From: Candidatus Poribacteria bacterium
GTDB lineage: Bacteria > Poribacteria > WGA-4E > WGA-3G
Length of the DNA stretch: 64,000 bases
NCBI GenBank assembly: GCA_965197475.1
Contig: CBDANF010000003.1
Location: forward strand, 2,720,001 to 2,784,000
Direction of reading: 5' to 3'
Under the pieces are notes generated by a model that saw only the letters and a list, made by a program, of their open reading frames with translations, was not told the DNA's origin and searched no databases. Position numbers and translations under genes: made by a program. How positions within the stretch are numbered: position 1 is the first letter of the stretch; each line of letters opens with the position of its first letter. This document shows positions 38,698 through 47,727 of this stretch, one piece after another.

Positions 38698-39312
38698 TTA
38701 TTTATCATCTCCTTCGTTATGGACGGGACCTCGGATTATCGGGGACATATCTGAATCCTGACTCATGGTTTCAATTGCAGCTGAGATTTGAGCTGAGGCA
38801 TCTCTGATTTTGGCATCTACTGCACGAGCAGCATCCTGCCACTTTGCATCAAGTTCTGGCGATGCTGTTTCATGATCAAAATCAGGATGTTCCTTCAAGA
38901 AGTTATACATATCTATTCTCAGTTCGAAAAATGGACTGCTTGCTATATGATCCATCAATATCTGGTTTCTTTCACGCGCCGTCTTTGCTGCTGTTAGAGG
39001 CACCGGCACGCCTTGTGCTACAGGTAGGTGTGGTTCACCCTGCCACACATCTGGTGCGTCTATTGGCACTTGATGGTGGTGATCCCCATGCCGAACCCAT
39101 TTGTATCCAGGTTCCGCGGGGCCCAAGTCGTTCTCTGCTACCGGTTGATCGGTTGTTTTCGGTTTCTGACTATCTTTCAACTTCTGTTGGGCAGCTTCTA
39201 AGTCGGCTTTGAGTTGCCGAATTTCTGCGCGCTCGTGTTGCATAATAAAAACAAACGCTGTAATAAAAATGACCATGAAGGCTCCAAGCCCCCAGTAAAA
39301 TTTACTGTTCAT
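38698..39312 (-). CDS. Membrane-anchored coiled-coil protein with an HxxHxH motif
   Basis: GGAGG SD, N-terminal TM, coiled coil, VRHGDHHHQVP. Confidence 0.7.
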   Translation of the reverse strand: MNSKFYWGLGAFMVIFITAFVFIMQHERAEIRQLKADLEAAQQKLKDSQKPKTTDQPVAENDLGPAEPGYKWVRHGDHHHQVPIDAPDVWQGEPHLPVAQGVPVPLTAAKTARERNQILMDHIASSPFFELRIDMYNFLKEHPDFDHETASPELDAKWQDAARAVDAKIRDASAQISAAIETMSQDSDMSPIIRGPVHNEGDDK

Positions 39313-39363
39313 AATTTTCCTCCATTTTTTCGTAGATACTGTTAATATACAATTTTTGCAGTT

Positions 39364-39669
39364 TTAATGCAAATTGTTTAAAGGGAGCTTTTTGACATCA
39401 GCATCGGGGTTGATGCGTTCTGCATCGGGCCACATGAGCTTGTAGAAGTCGACGAGGTCTTCTATGAATGACTTGAGCTCTTGCGGTGTGCGCCAAATAA
39501 GTGCTGCTGTAACGGGCATAGGGATTTCTCCAATTTCATCGATATAGAAAAGTACGTCGGTCGGTTCTTGATCTTGGTCGTGGACTCCGCCTAACTCTAT
39601 ATGGTAATTGGTAATTTCAAGCATATTATCAATAATTTTTCCATCAGTCTGTAGTGTTCTTTTGCTCAC
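39364..39669 (-). CDS. Hypothetical protein
   Basis: 101-aa ORF overlapping the upstream gene end; no recognised motif. Confidence 0.5.
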   Translation of the reverse strand: MSKRTLQTDGKIIDNMLEITNYHIELGGVHDQDQEPTDVLFYIDEIGEIPMPVTAALIWRTPQELKSFIEDLVDFYKLMWPDAERINPDADVKKLPLNNLH

Positions 39670-40213
39670 CTGCTTTCTCTGCCTCCTTTAATTTTTTGAA
39701 GTGTGCCTGTATAGTGTTATAGCTTATGTCGAATTCAATGGAAATTTTCGTAAGCGTATCCCCTTTGCGAAATCTGGCATACTCAATTTCATCCCAAATC
39801 ACTTTTGGGATTCGCCTACCTTGTTTTCGCTGAGTATATGCTTCAACGCGCCTCTCTTTGAAATAATCTACAGGTGTTTTACCATATTTTCTGGCAAGAA
39901 CTCGGCATAATAACCTATGCACCGTTGACTTTGATAAGTTTGTTTCAGCGGCGATTTTTAACAATTCTGACGGGTTTGGCAACCGATGGATTTCATCAAG
40001 GATAACCCGTCCGCTCCCAATACTATCAAGAAATCCTTGCGGGTCTTCCATTAATCGTCTAACGCGCGGTAGTTCACAGTCAAAATATATAATATCGGGT
40101 AGTGTCTGACATAGGCAAGTTTTTCCAACTCGGCGCACGCCTGATAACCATACGACCGAACGGCGTTCCAAAGCAGTTTCAATACGATTAAGCCAGAATT
40201 GTCTTTTTACCAT
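39644..40213 (-). pseudogene. Chimeric ORF: truncated AAA_14/DUF4143-type ATPase fused to an HTH-bearing segment
   Basis: SGVRRVGKT and ILDEIH; after LLKIAA the sequence switches to ETNLSKSTVHRLL...TLTKISIEFDISYNTIQAH. Confidence 0.65.
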
Positions 40214-40226
40214 ATATTGATGATAT

Positions 40227-40302
40227 CAGATAGTGCTACTATATGTCAACTCTATTTGCATATAGTAGCACTATCTGTCAACTCTGTTTGCATATAGTAG
40301 CA
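40227..40302. repeat. Promoter/operator region: 19-bp perfect inverted repeat plus 32-bp tandem duplication
   Basis: cagatagtgctactatatg (40227-40245) / catatagtagcactatctg (40259-40277); 40239-40270 matches 40271-40302 at 30/32; minus-strand TTGACA...TATCAT. Confidence 0.8.
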
Positions 40303-40396
40303 ATTTTATACCTAATTTGTAGCGCAAGGTCTCTGGGTTCTCCTTGCAGTGCTGACTTTTTCAAAAGACTTCTAATCAAGTTAATTTGGTATTAGA

Positions 40397-40587
40397 TCAG
40401 AGGCATTCAATTGTCAAGTTTTCCCAATTAATTATCATGAATTATCCAATTAACATTACGGTAATGAATTGTAGGAGGGAACTCCGATTCCCGACTATCA
40501 ATGCTTTTCGTCGCGATTCGGAGATCGCTCCTACAAGAAGAAACATAAGTTAGAATGTGCAATTAATAGACAATTGAATGCCTCTGA
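40397..40587. mobile_element. MITE with 19-bp TIRs and 8-bp target-site duplication, carrying a REP pair
   Basis: tcagaggcattcaattgtc / gacaattgaatgcctctga; GTATTAGA at 40389-40396 and 40588-40595. Confidence 0.85.
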
Positions 40588-40619
40588 GTATTAGATAGGG
40601 GTGTAGAGATGATTTTAGT

Positions 40620-42668
40620 TTAATCAATTCTTCTTCGCTGATACAGGAACCATTCTACAACACTTAAAATCACAGCGAGAAAAACCAAGTAGATCCAAGG
40701 CGGATAGCGGAAAAATGAACCACCACTTAATAGGTCAGATTCTGTCAATAGATCCTCAATTCCATCAACAGCACTGATGTGTGATTCCGTTTCACTTGCA
40801 AGATTGACAGCCCATAACTTTTTGTGGTCATCGTCTTCTGTCGTTTCGTTTTCAGCTGTCTCGTCCGTGGGTTCATTTGAGGTGGTCAACTCGTAAAAAC
40901 CCGCATGTTGTGTCTGATCAAAGAGCATCTCATCATTTTCAACAGGAACGTCCCACGTGTTGTCATTAGGACCGGTAACCTTTACAGTCATCGGCGTGTT
41001 TTCGGGCGGGACATCCTCTTGCTGATTAGTCTGCGCTTGTGATATATCCTGCGAATCTATCTTATAACGAAGCACCTTACCTGTCCGTAGGTGATATTCC
41101 TGAATTCCTTCTCCTTGTTGGAACCACTGGATCGTGTTGGCTATAATGACTGGAAATGCAATGCGCAACGGCAGGTCAGATTCCAGGATGTTAATAGCAG
41201 CGAAGACGGTTTTTCTATTCGGCGTTACATCAACGAACAGGACAGGAGATTCAAATGAACGCGCAAGGATTTGGGCGGTGGATGGAGGTTGGACTTCGTA
41301 TGCCTCACCGATTAGGACATTTTCTAAATGGACGTGTCGGAGAATAGGATGTGTCCGATCCCAATCGGTGATGATTGGAGTTTCAAGCGATTCCCCGATT
41401 TCCCATGCTGCGATAGCGGTATCTTCTCCGACATCTGGAGAATTGGCTGATTTGGGAGGGTAGATAAACATGTAATTCCCATCACCGAGTGTCGGCGGAC
41501 TATACCGATCGAAAATAACGACCTGAGCGTCAATAGCCGAAGAATCGTATTCTGCAGGGGCGACAACAGTTAGGTTCAGTTTATCGTCAACGGATAGTAC
41601 TTTTTCGAGAAACGGATTTTCTTCTGTTACCAGCAAAATAGAGGTCTGTTCACGTTTTGGCAACGTTGCGTAGGCGACATTGTCAGTGGGAAGCGCGTCT
41701 GTGATGTCCAAAACAGCCTTAAGTTCGCCGCCTTCAAAGGTAAAATTGCTGAAAATCTCAGATTTGCTTTCTCCAGGAGCAATCGTGTAAGGACGTACAT
41801 CAAAGAGACTCTCGTTAAAATAGAGTTCAACACTACACTTCTTTTCTTCATCTGAGGCATTGACGACGGTCAATAGTGTTTCGTAATCGAAGGCATTAAC
41901 AAGGCTTTTGCGCACGCGAAATTGGGTGATGCCAACATTGTTACTCTCTTCGCCAATTCGCAACAGATGAAGTTTAATCTTTTCTTGTTGAACTTGATCT
42001 TCTTCGGAACTTGTGTTTTGCGATTGTGTTTTTTGGAATTCAGCAAGGGTATCATCGGAAACAAATTGAAAATCGCTAAAAATAATAATTTCGGGGTTAG
42101 GTTTTGTTTGTGCAACAGCAAATGCTAAATCCACAGCAGGTTTTAGATCTGTTTTTATGTCGGTTGGTTTAATTGATTCAATTGCTTGTCGGAGTGTTTT
42201 CCGATGATTGGTAAACGGAGTATGAATTACGGGACGCGTATGGCAGCTGATAACTGACATTTCATCCATGAAACGAAGTCCTTGCACTATTCGGAGGGCT
42301 TGCTGTTTTGCCGAATCCAACCGGGATTCGGAAGAAGGGTTATCAGGATCGAGAACCAGAACTGCATTCATGCTTGCCGAATGATCTACAATCAAGATGA
42401 GTTGTCGCGCGGACTTCGTAATGAATGCGAACTGCGGTCGCGCAACTGCAAACACTAAAAGTGCCAGAAATAGCAATTGCAGCAATAGCGATAATAGATG
42501 CTTAAGTCTTTGAAACAGAGAAGTCGTTTGTCTCTCTTTAAAAAGTTGTTCCCAAAACATCAGGGTAGAGACAGGTTCACGTCTCCGCCGCAATTTGAGA
42601 ATGTACAACGCAATTATTGGAATCGCAAGACCAAATAGAAATAGGGAGGTGGGAGATAAAAAATTCAT
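40620..42668 (-). CDS. BatA/VWA-domain membrane protein
   Basis: MNFLSP...IPIIALYILK..R...VSTL.FW, ARPQ, DHSASM, FSD, C-terminal EW...RR. Confidence 0.88.
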   Translation of the reverse strand: MNFLSPTSLFLFGLAIPIIALYILKLRRRREPVSTLMFWEQLFKERQTTSLFQRLKHLLSLLLQLLFLALLVFAVARPQFAFITKSARQLILIVDHSASMNAVLVLDPDNPSSESRLDSAKQQALRIVQGLRFMDEMSVISCHTRPVIHTPFTNHRKTLRQAIESIKPTDIKTDLKPAVDLAFAVAQTKPNPEIIIFSDFQFVSDDTLAEFQKTQSQNTSSEEDQVQQEKIKLHLLRIGEESNNVGITQFRVRKSLVNAFDYETLLTVVNASDEEKKCSVELYFNESLFDVRPYTIAPGESKSEIFSNFTFEGGELKAVLDITDALPTDNVAYATLPKREQTSILLVTEENPFLEKVLSVDDKLNLTVVAPAEYDSSAIDAQVVIFDRYSPPTLGDGNYMFIYPPKSANSPDVGEDTAIAAWEIGESLETPIITDWDRTHPILRHVHLENVLIGEAYEVQPPSTAQILARSFESPVLFVDVTPNRKTVFAAINILESDLPLRIAFPVIIANTIQWFQQGEGIQEYHLRTGKVLRYKIDSQDISQAQTNQQEDVPPENTPMTVKVTGPNDNTWDVPVENDEMLFDQTQHAGFYELTTSNEPTDETAENETTEDDDHKKLWAVNLASETESHISAVDGIEDLLTESDLLSGGSFFRYPPWIYLVFLAVILSVVEWFLYQRRRID

Positions 42669-42710
42669 CTATCAATTTCAGCCGGACAACCTTTGGTCAA
42701 AATTGATCCG

Positions 42711-43598
42711 TTAAGACACAAAACCACCCATTCGGAAGATGCGGAGGATAAGTTCTTCAAAAGGGGCTTTCGTCATTGTACGCACAATACTAATCTCTCG
42801 CTGTGTGCAATATCGGTCAAGGTCATCACAATATTTGTTGAAAAGATCCTTGTAGCGTTTAATATGATTTTCGTTAATGGTCACAGGGCGGAGTTGATTA
42901 GTTTCAACATCAACAAGATGGTAATCGCCAAGAAGGCTGGGTTCCGCTTCCTTTTCGTCAATGATGTGAATAACAAAAAGATCATGTTTTTGAAATTTCA
43001 GCATATTCAGCCCGGCAGTAAACCCTTTCGGATCAAAGAGATCGGAAATAAGAACGACTAACCCGCGACGTTTGGTCATGTGGACAAAATTGTGAAATGC
43101 GTTTTCCAGATCTGTTTCGCCAATGCCACTAATCTGATCAAGAAAATTGAGAACGGTGAAAATTTTCCCTTTTCCGCGTTCTGTAGGCAACCGGTTCATA
43201 TCGGTAGTGTTAAAAGCAGTAATCCCGATACGGTCGAGATTAGATAAACCGATGTAGGCAAGTGCAGCGGCAACCCGTTTGGCATAAATCAGTTTTGGTA
43301 GCTCGCCGTAAGTCATGGATTGGCTTGCATCAACAAGGAAGTAGATGTGCAAGTCTTCCCGCTCTTCGTAGAGTTTTAGCAAGAGTTCGTCTAATCTTGC
43401 GAAGGCGTTCCAATCAATGTAGCGGAAATCATCGCCAGGAGTGTAGTTGCGGTAATCTGCGAATTCTACGCTAACACCTCGGCGTGTGCTACGACGTTCA
43501 GCCTTGATTCGTCCGGCAAAGATCTTTTTTGAAACTATATAGAGATACTCAAGTTTTTTGAGGAAATCGCTGTCAAAGGCGGATTGTGTGTCGTTCAT
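42711..43598 (-). CDS. DUF58 family protein
   Basis: EFADYRNYTPGDDFRYIDWN, DASQSM, LISD. Confidence 0.92.
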   Translation of the reverse strand: MNDTQSAFDSDFLKKLEYLYIVSKKIFAGRIKAERRSTRRGVSVEFADYRNYTPGDDFRYIDWNAFARLDELLLKLYEEREDLHIYFLVDASQSMTYGELPKLIYAKRVAAALAYIGLSNLDRIGITAFNTTDMNRLPTERGKGKIFTVLNFLDQISGIGETDLENAFHNFVHMTKRRGLVVLISDLFDPKGFTAGLNMLKFQKHDLFVIHIIDEKEAEPSLLGDYHLVDVETNQLRPVTINENHIKRYKDLFNKYCDDLDRYCTQREISIVRTMTKAPFEELILRIFRMGGFVS

Positions 43599-43714
43599 TT
43601 AAATACCTACTACGTTTTGGAGGTTATACCAAATTAACTTGATAAGGTCAACCCGTAGGTTGGGTAGAGCGGAGCGAAACCCGACTTTGAAATTGGATTA
43701 TTTATGAACCACTT

Positions 43715-44698
43715 TCAATCAATTACTTCTAACAGATGCTGGATGATTTTGTCAGGGTCAATACCTTCTGCTTCGCCTTCAAAGCTGAGAATAAGACGAT
43801 GGCGTAGACTTGGAAATGCGACTGCTTGAATGTCCTCACGTGCAACGTTATATCTACCATCAAGGATTGCGCGGACCTTACTTGCGAGAATCAGTGCTTG
43901 CGCACCACGCGGACTTGATCCATAGCGAACATATTTTTTCGTTAGTTCCGGTGCATCCTCAACTTCAGGGTGTGTCCCCATAACAATTCGCAACGCATAT
44001 TTACGAACATCTTCAGCAACAAGAATATCACGAACTATCTGCTCCAGATCGTTAATTTGTTTACCATCGCAGACCTTATCAACAGACGGCATTTCTCGCT
44101 TCGTTGTGCGTTCCATTACAAGGTCAAGTTCATCAAGGCTTGGAAATTCAACCTTGAGCTTGAAAAAGAAGCGGTCAAGTTGTGCTTCTGGCAAAGGATA
44201 GGTGCCTTCCATTTCCAAGGGATTTTGTGTTGCCATGACGAAAAACGGTAAATCCAGAGGGCGATGTTGTCCGGCGACTGTTACAGATTTTTCCTGCATC
44301 GCCTCAAGCAAGGCAGATTGTGTTTTAGGGGTTGCGCGGTTGATTTCGTCAGCGAGAACAAGATTTGCGAAGATAGGTCCATGTTGGAATTCAAAGAATT
44401 TTTGTCCGTTTTCATCCTCAGCAACGATGGTAGTACCAACGATGTCTGCTGGCATCAGATCAGGTGTAAACTGAATCCTTTGAAATTCCAGGTCAAGAAC
44501 TTCCTTAAGTGTGCGGATGAGTAGTGTTTTGCCTAAACCGGGCACTCCTTCCAATAGCGCATGTCCTCCTGTCATTAAGCAAATTAGAACACCCTCAATA
44601 ATTTCCTTTTGACCGACGATTCGCTTTGAGATCTCTTCTTGTATTTTAAGAAAGGTCTCGCGGAATTCTTCATGTTTTTGTTCTACTTGTTCGGACAT
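43715..44698 (-). CDS. moxR: MoxR family AAA+ ATPase
   Basis: EGVPGLGKT, RIQFTPDLMPAD, LADEINRATPKTQSALLEAMQE, ATQNPLEMEGTYPLPEAQLDRF. Confidence 0.95.
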   Translation of the reverse strand: MSEQVEQKHEEFRETFLKIQEEISKRIVGQKEIIEGVLICLMTGGHALLEGVPGLGKTLLIRTLKEVLDLEFQRIQFTPDLMPADIVGTTIVAEDENGQKFFEFQHGPIFANLVLADEINRATPKTQSALLEAMQEKSVTVAGQHRPLDLPFFVMATQNPLEMEGTYPLPEAQLDRFFFKLKVEFPSLDELDLVMERTTKREMPSVDKVCDGKQINDLEQIVRDILVAEDVRKYALRIVMGTHPEVEDAPELTKKYVRYGSSPRGAQALILASKVRAILDGRYNVAREDIQAVAFPSLRHRLILSFEGEAEGIDPDKIIQHLLEVID

Positions 44699-44731
44699 TT
44701 TTCTCCCTAACTGCTAATAGTGCTTGGCATT

Positions 44732-44768
44732 AAATCACCGCAAAGATATATAATCTCTGCGGTGATTT
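44732..44768. other. Intergenic hairpin (terminator or mRNA-stability element)
   Basis: aaatcaccgcaaaga...tctctgcggtgattt. Confidence 0.55.
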
Positions 44769-44784
44769 GTATTACAACTTAAAT

Positions 44785-46245
44785 TTACTCTTCAGTCGGT
44801 TTAATCGATTCAAAGTAGCGTTTCACATAGAACTTATATCCGAGCGGAATCTGTTCTTCCGTTAAAGCATCTTCAGAAAGCTTCTGATATTTCATATATG
44901 CATCTTTATAACTAAGTGTAGATTCCTGACCTTCAGCTGATGCTTTGGTTGTTTGAACAGTGGAACTGCCTTCACCTTGAACGCCAGTGATGTTTTCAAG
45001 ATTGAGGGTAGAATCAAGTGAGGTAAAATCACCCTGTTGGGATTCGGAAGTCTTATTGCCTGCTTTATTCGTCGGATTATTACCATTTCCTTGGCAACAT
45101 GCTGCTATGCATGCCTTACATTCCTCACATTCGCACAGCAATTCTGTCAATTTTTGATTACGATTCTGAAGGAGTGAAAAATCGCGTATCTGTTTGCTTG
45201 AAGCACTAAGGTTTTTTTGCGTTCCTTCGGAATCGTTCCCTTCCATTGCTTCACCTGCGCCTGCTAACTTCCCACCAAGTCCATCAAGGTCAGTGTCCTT
45301 TAGACTTTTGCCCGCACGTTTGAGTTCACCGGACAAGTTCTGACGTTGTTCTTGGTCAAACTTCGGTACATCCTTTGCCACTTTGTCAAGTTTTTCAGCA
45401 GCTTTTTGATAATCACCGCGTTTCAACTGTTGCCCGAATTCGCCAAGGATCGGATTACCGATGAATTGTTGTCCGAGTCCCTTCATAAGTTCTTCCTGCT
45501 GCGCCATTTTGAGCGGATCAATTTTCGTTTTCAACAGCGCACTCAATTCGGTCATTCTGGCAAGAGCGTCCTTAGGCGTAATCTGCGGTTTTTTCAATTC
45601 AAGCGTTCGTTTTTCGATCTCTTCCAAGATCTCTTTAAGTTCCTGATCCTCGCCTTCTTCAGCCTCTTTCTTCGCCTCTTCAATCGTTTTCAATAACGTA
45701 TCGGCTTCCGCTGCAATTTGCGGCGATTGCGGCGAAAAGTCAATTTCCGTTGAAGTAGCAGGCGGTGCGAAAAACTCTACAAACGAGAAAGCGACGAGAA
45801 ACACTACGACAATAGCAATAAGCTTGGTTTCACGCGGAACAGTATATCGCGCAACCTGTTTGATGGGGACTGTTTGTAACCTTTTAGACGTATCTTGAAG
45901 TTGAAGAGCGGTCAAAGTTTCATTGGTTTTCCGTTGAATCTGTTCTAACCCACTAACAACACGGTCCTTAAGAGATGCGTCTATGTCAATCGCCCGGGCT
46001 GCTTCATAAAGATCAATTGGTCGAACGAGACGGACTACGAGAGCGACCACTGCAATGCCACACGCAACCCATAGGAATACCAATGGCGGAATGTTAAAAG
46101 ATGTGATGACGCTATCAGCAACAACTACCGGCACACACACCAAAAGTCCATATAATAGAAACGTCGCGAGCATTTGAAAATATCCTTGCACGCTCAAACG
46201 GCGGCGCACTTGGCGAATCTTTTCAAGAATCAATTTTTCCTGCAC
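44785..46245 (-). CDS. MoxR-operon membrane protein with a long coiled coil
   Basis: Three TM helices, AARAID...LKDR, helical region, C-terminal IPLGYKFYVKRYF. Confidence 0.8.
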   Translation of the reverse strand: MQEKLILEKIRQVRRRLSVQGYFQMLATFLLYGLLVCVPVVVADSVITSFNIPPLVFLWVACGIAVVALVVRLVRPIDLYEAARAIDIDASLKDRVVSGLEQIQRKTNETLTALQLQDTSKRLQTVPIKQVARYTVPRETKLIAIVVVFLVAFSFVEFFAPPATSTEIDFSPQSPQIAAEADTLLKTIEEAKKEAEEGEDQELKEILEEIEKRTLELKKPQITPKDALARMTELSALLKTKIDPLKMAQQEELMKGLGQQFIGNPILGEFGQQLKRGDYQKAAEKLDKVAKDVPKFDQEQRQNLSGELKRAGKSLKDTDLDGLGGKLAGAGEAMEGNDSEGTQKNLSASSKQIRDFSLLQNRNQKLTELLCECEECKACIAACCQGNGNNPTNKAGNKTSESQQGDFTSLDSTLNLENITGVQGEGSSTVQTTKASAEGQESTLSYKDAYMKYQKLSEDALTEEQIPLGYKFYVKRYFESIKPTEE

Positions 46246-46414
46246 GAAGTATACCTCCTGTTAACCATAGTTCCTTCAAAACCTGGTAATTTCAGTGAAA
46301 ATGTTTACAGCCGGAACTCAATAGAGAAATCTATTTTGTGCTCTTTTTGCACATGTAAATAGTGTACTACATTCTTATATTATATGTCAAGCCTTTTTAA
46401 CATTTTTCGAAGCA

Positions 46415-46566
46415 TTATCTGTTATCAGGCCATCTATTATCCAACTTGACATCTCTCACAATTTTATCCCAGTCCCAGAGGAGCACGGTGCCATCTTCAG
46501 AACCGCTTGCAAGCATTTTTCCATTGTCGGAAAATGCCAATGTTTCTACTGAAGCTGTATGTCCTA
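46415..46566 (-). pseudogene. C-terminal remnant of a WD40-repeat protein
   Basis: LGHTASVETLAFSDNGKMLASGSEDGTVLLWD begins exactly at the IS630 end. Confidence 0.8.
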
Positions 46567-47720
46567 ATACCATTTCTGAATAATTATATTCCATTTGCGA
46601 CTTTCGTGAAATATTTAAAATTTGTGATTTGGGCAATAGCTGCCTTCGTATACTTTCTCAAGATTTGTGTGATTTTGTCCTGCATTTCCTCTATTGACCC
46701 CAATGTGTGCTGAAACAATTTGGCTTTGATGTCTTGCCAGAGTCTTTCGATCGGGTTCAACTCTGGACTATAAGGGGGTAGAAAAATCAAGGCGATATTG
46801 TCAGGAAGTTGTAGCGATTTCGCCTGATGAAAACGACCATTATCAAGCACAAGGACATTTAGCGTCTTTGGAAAAGTCTTTGCTAACTCATCAATGAATA
46901 CTTGGAAACAGACACCATTGAGCCAGGGCATTTCAAGGAAGAAACTTTCTCCTGTTATCGGTTCCACAGCACCGTATAGATAAAGGCTCTGGTAAGTGTG
47001 ATCAACATTGGCAATCGGTTTAACACCGCGTAAAGTGGGACGCCGAGACGACACAGGCAAAAGACCACACCTTGACTCGTCTTGGCAAAAAAGTCGGACG
47101 CTTTGAAAAGAAGATGCCTTCTCCGAAATCACCTCCTCAACTTTGGTAGCGAAGTTAGCAACGAACGCATCACACGCTACATCGTTTTTTTATGACTTTT
47201 GCGAGGCACTTTGAGTTTCGCATTCCATTTATACCGAACTAACGCATGAACTGTTTTATAGTGCATTTGGACACCGAAGGTTTCTTCAATATAATCTGTT
47301 ATCTGTTGATAACTGGAAAAACCTTCTGGTTTTTGAAGTTCCGCTCGCAGCAGCTCTTGTTGTTCTTTGGATAACCGAGGGGGATGCCCGGGGAATAATC
47401 ACGATCCAAAAGCGCATCAAGTCCTTCAGTCTCATAAGTCGCTATCCAGTGTCCAATCGTTTTTCGGCTGACACCTAACCTCTCAGCGACTTGCTTGCGA
47501 GTTATTGCTTGACCACTACGAAATAGGTAAAGGGCTGTCAATCTTTGCTTTTGATAACCTACTGATGTCTTTCTCAACAGCCTTTTCAACTCTGAAACAC
47601 TTTCTGTAATCTCTGGAGGTTTTATGTGCATTGGTATCAATCCTATGATTTGTATAATTGGAAAAAGTATAGCAGAAATTGAAAACTTTTAAAAGGATAA
47701 ATATATACAAGAAATGGTAT
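46567..47720 (-). mobile_element. IS630-family element
   Basis: TA|ATACCATTTCT ... AGAAATGGTAT|TA ends; HTH ORF plus DDE ORF. Confidence 0.88.
46584..47640 (-). pseudogene. IS630 transposase, frameshifted
   Basis: DDE motifs QDESR, LDNGRFH, PPYSPELNPIERLW; A7 slip site at ~47185-47191; an additional frameshift near 47380 separates the first HTH from the ...LKVPRKSH segment. Confidence 0.8.
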
Positions 47721-47727
47721 TACTATA

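Noticed and set aside
35815-40213. Intact prophage
   Set aside because: No integrase, terminase, capsid or tail genes; only orphan and remnant ORFs.
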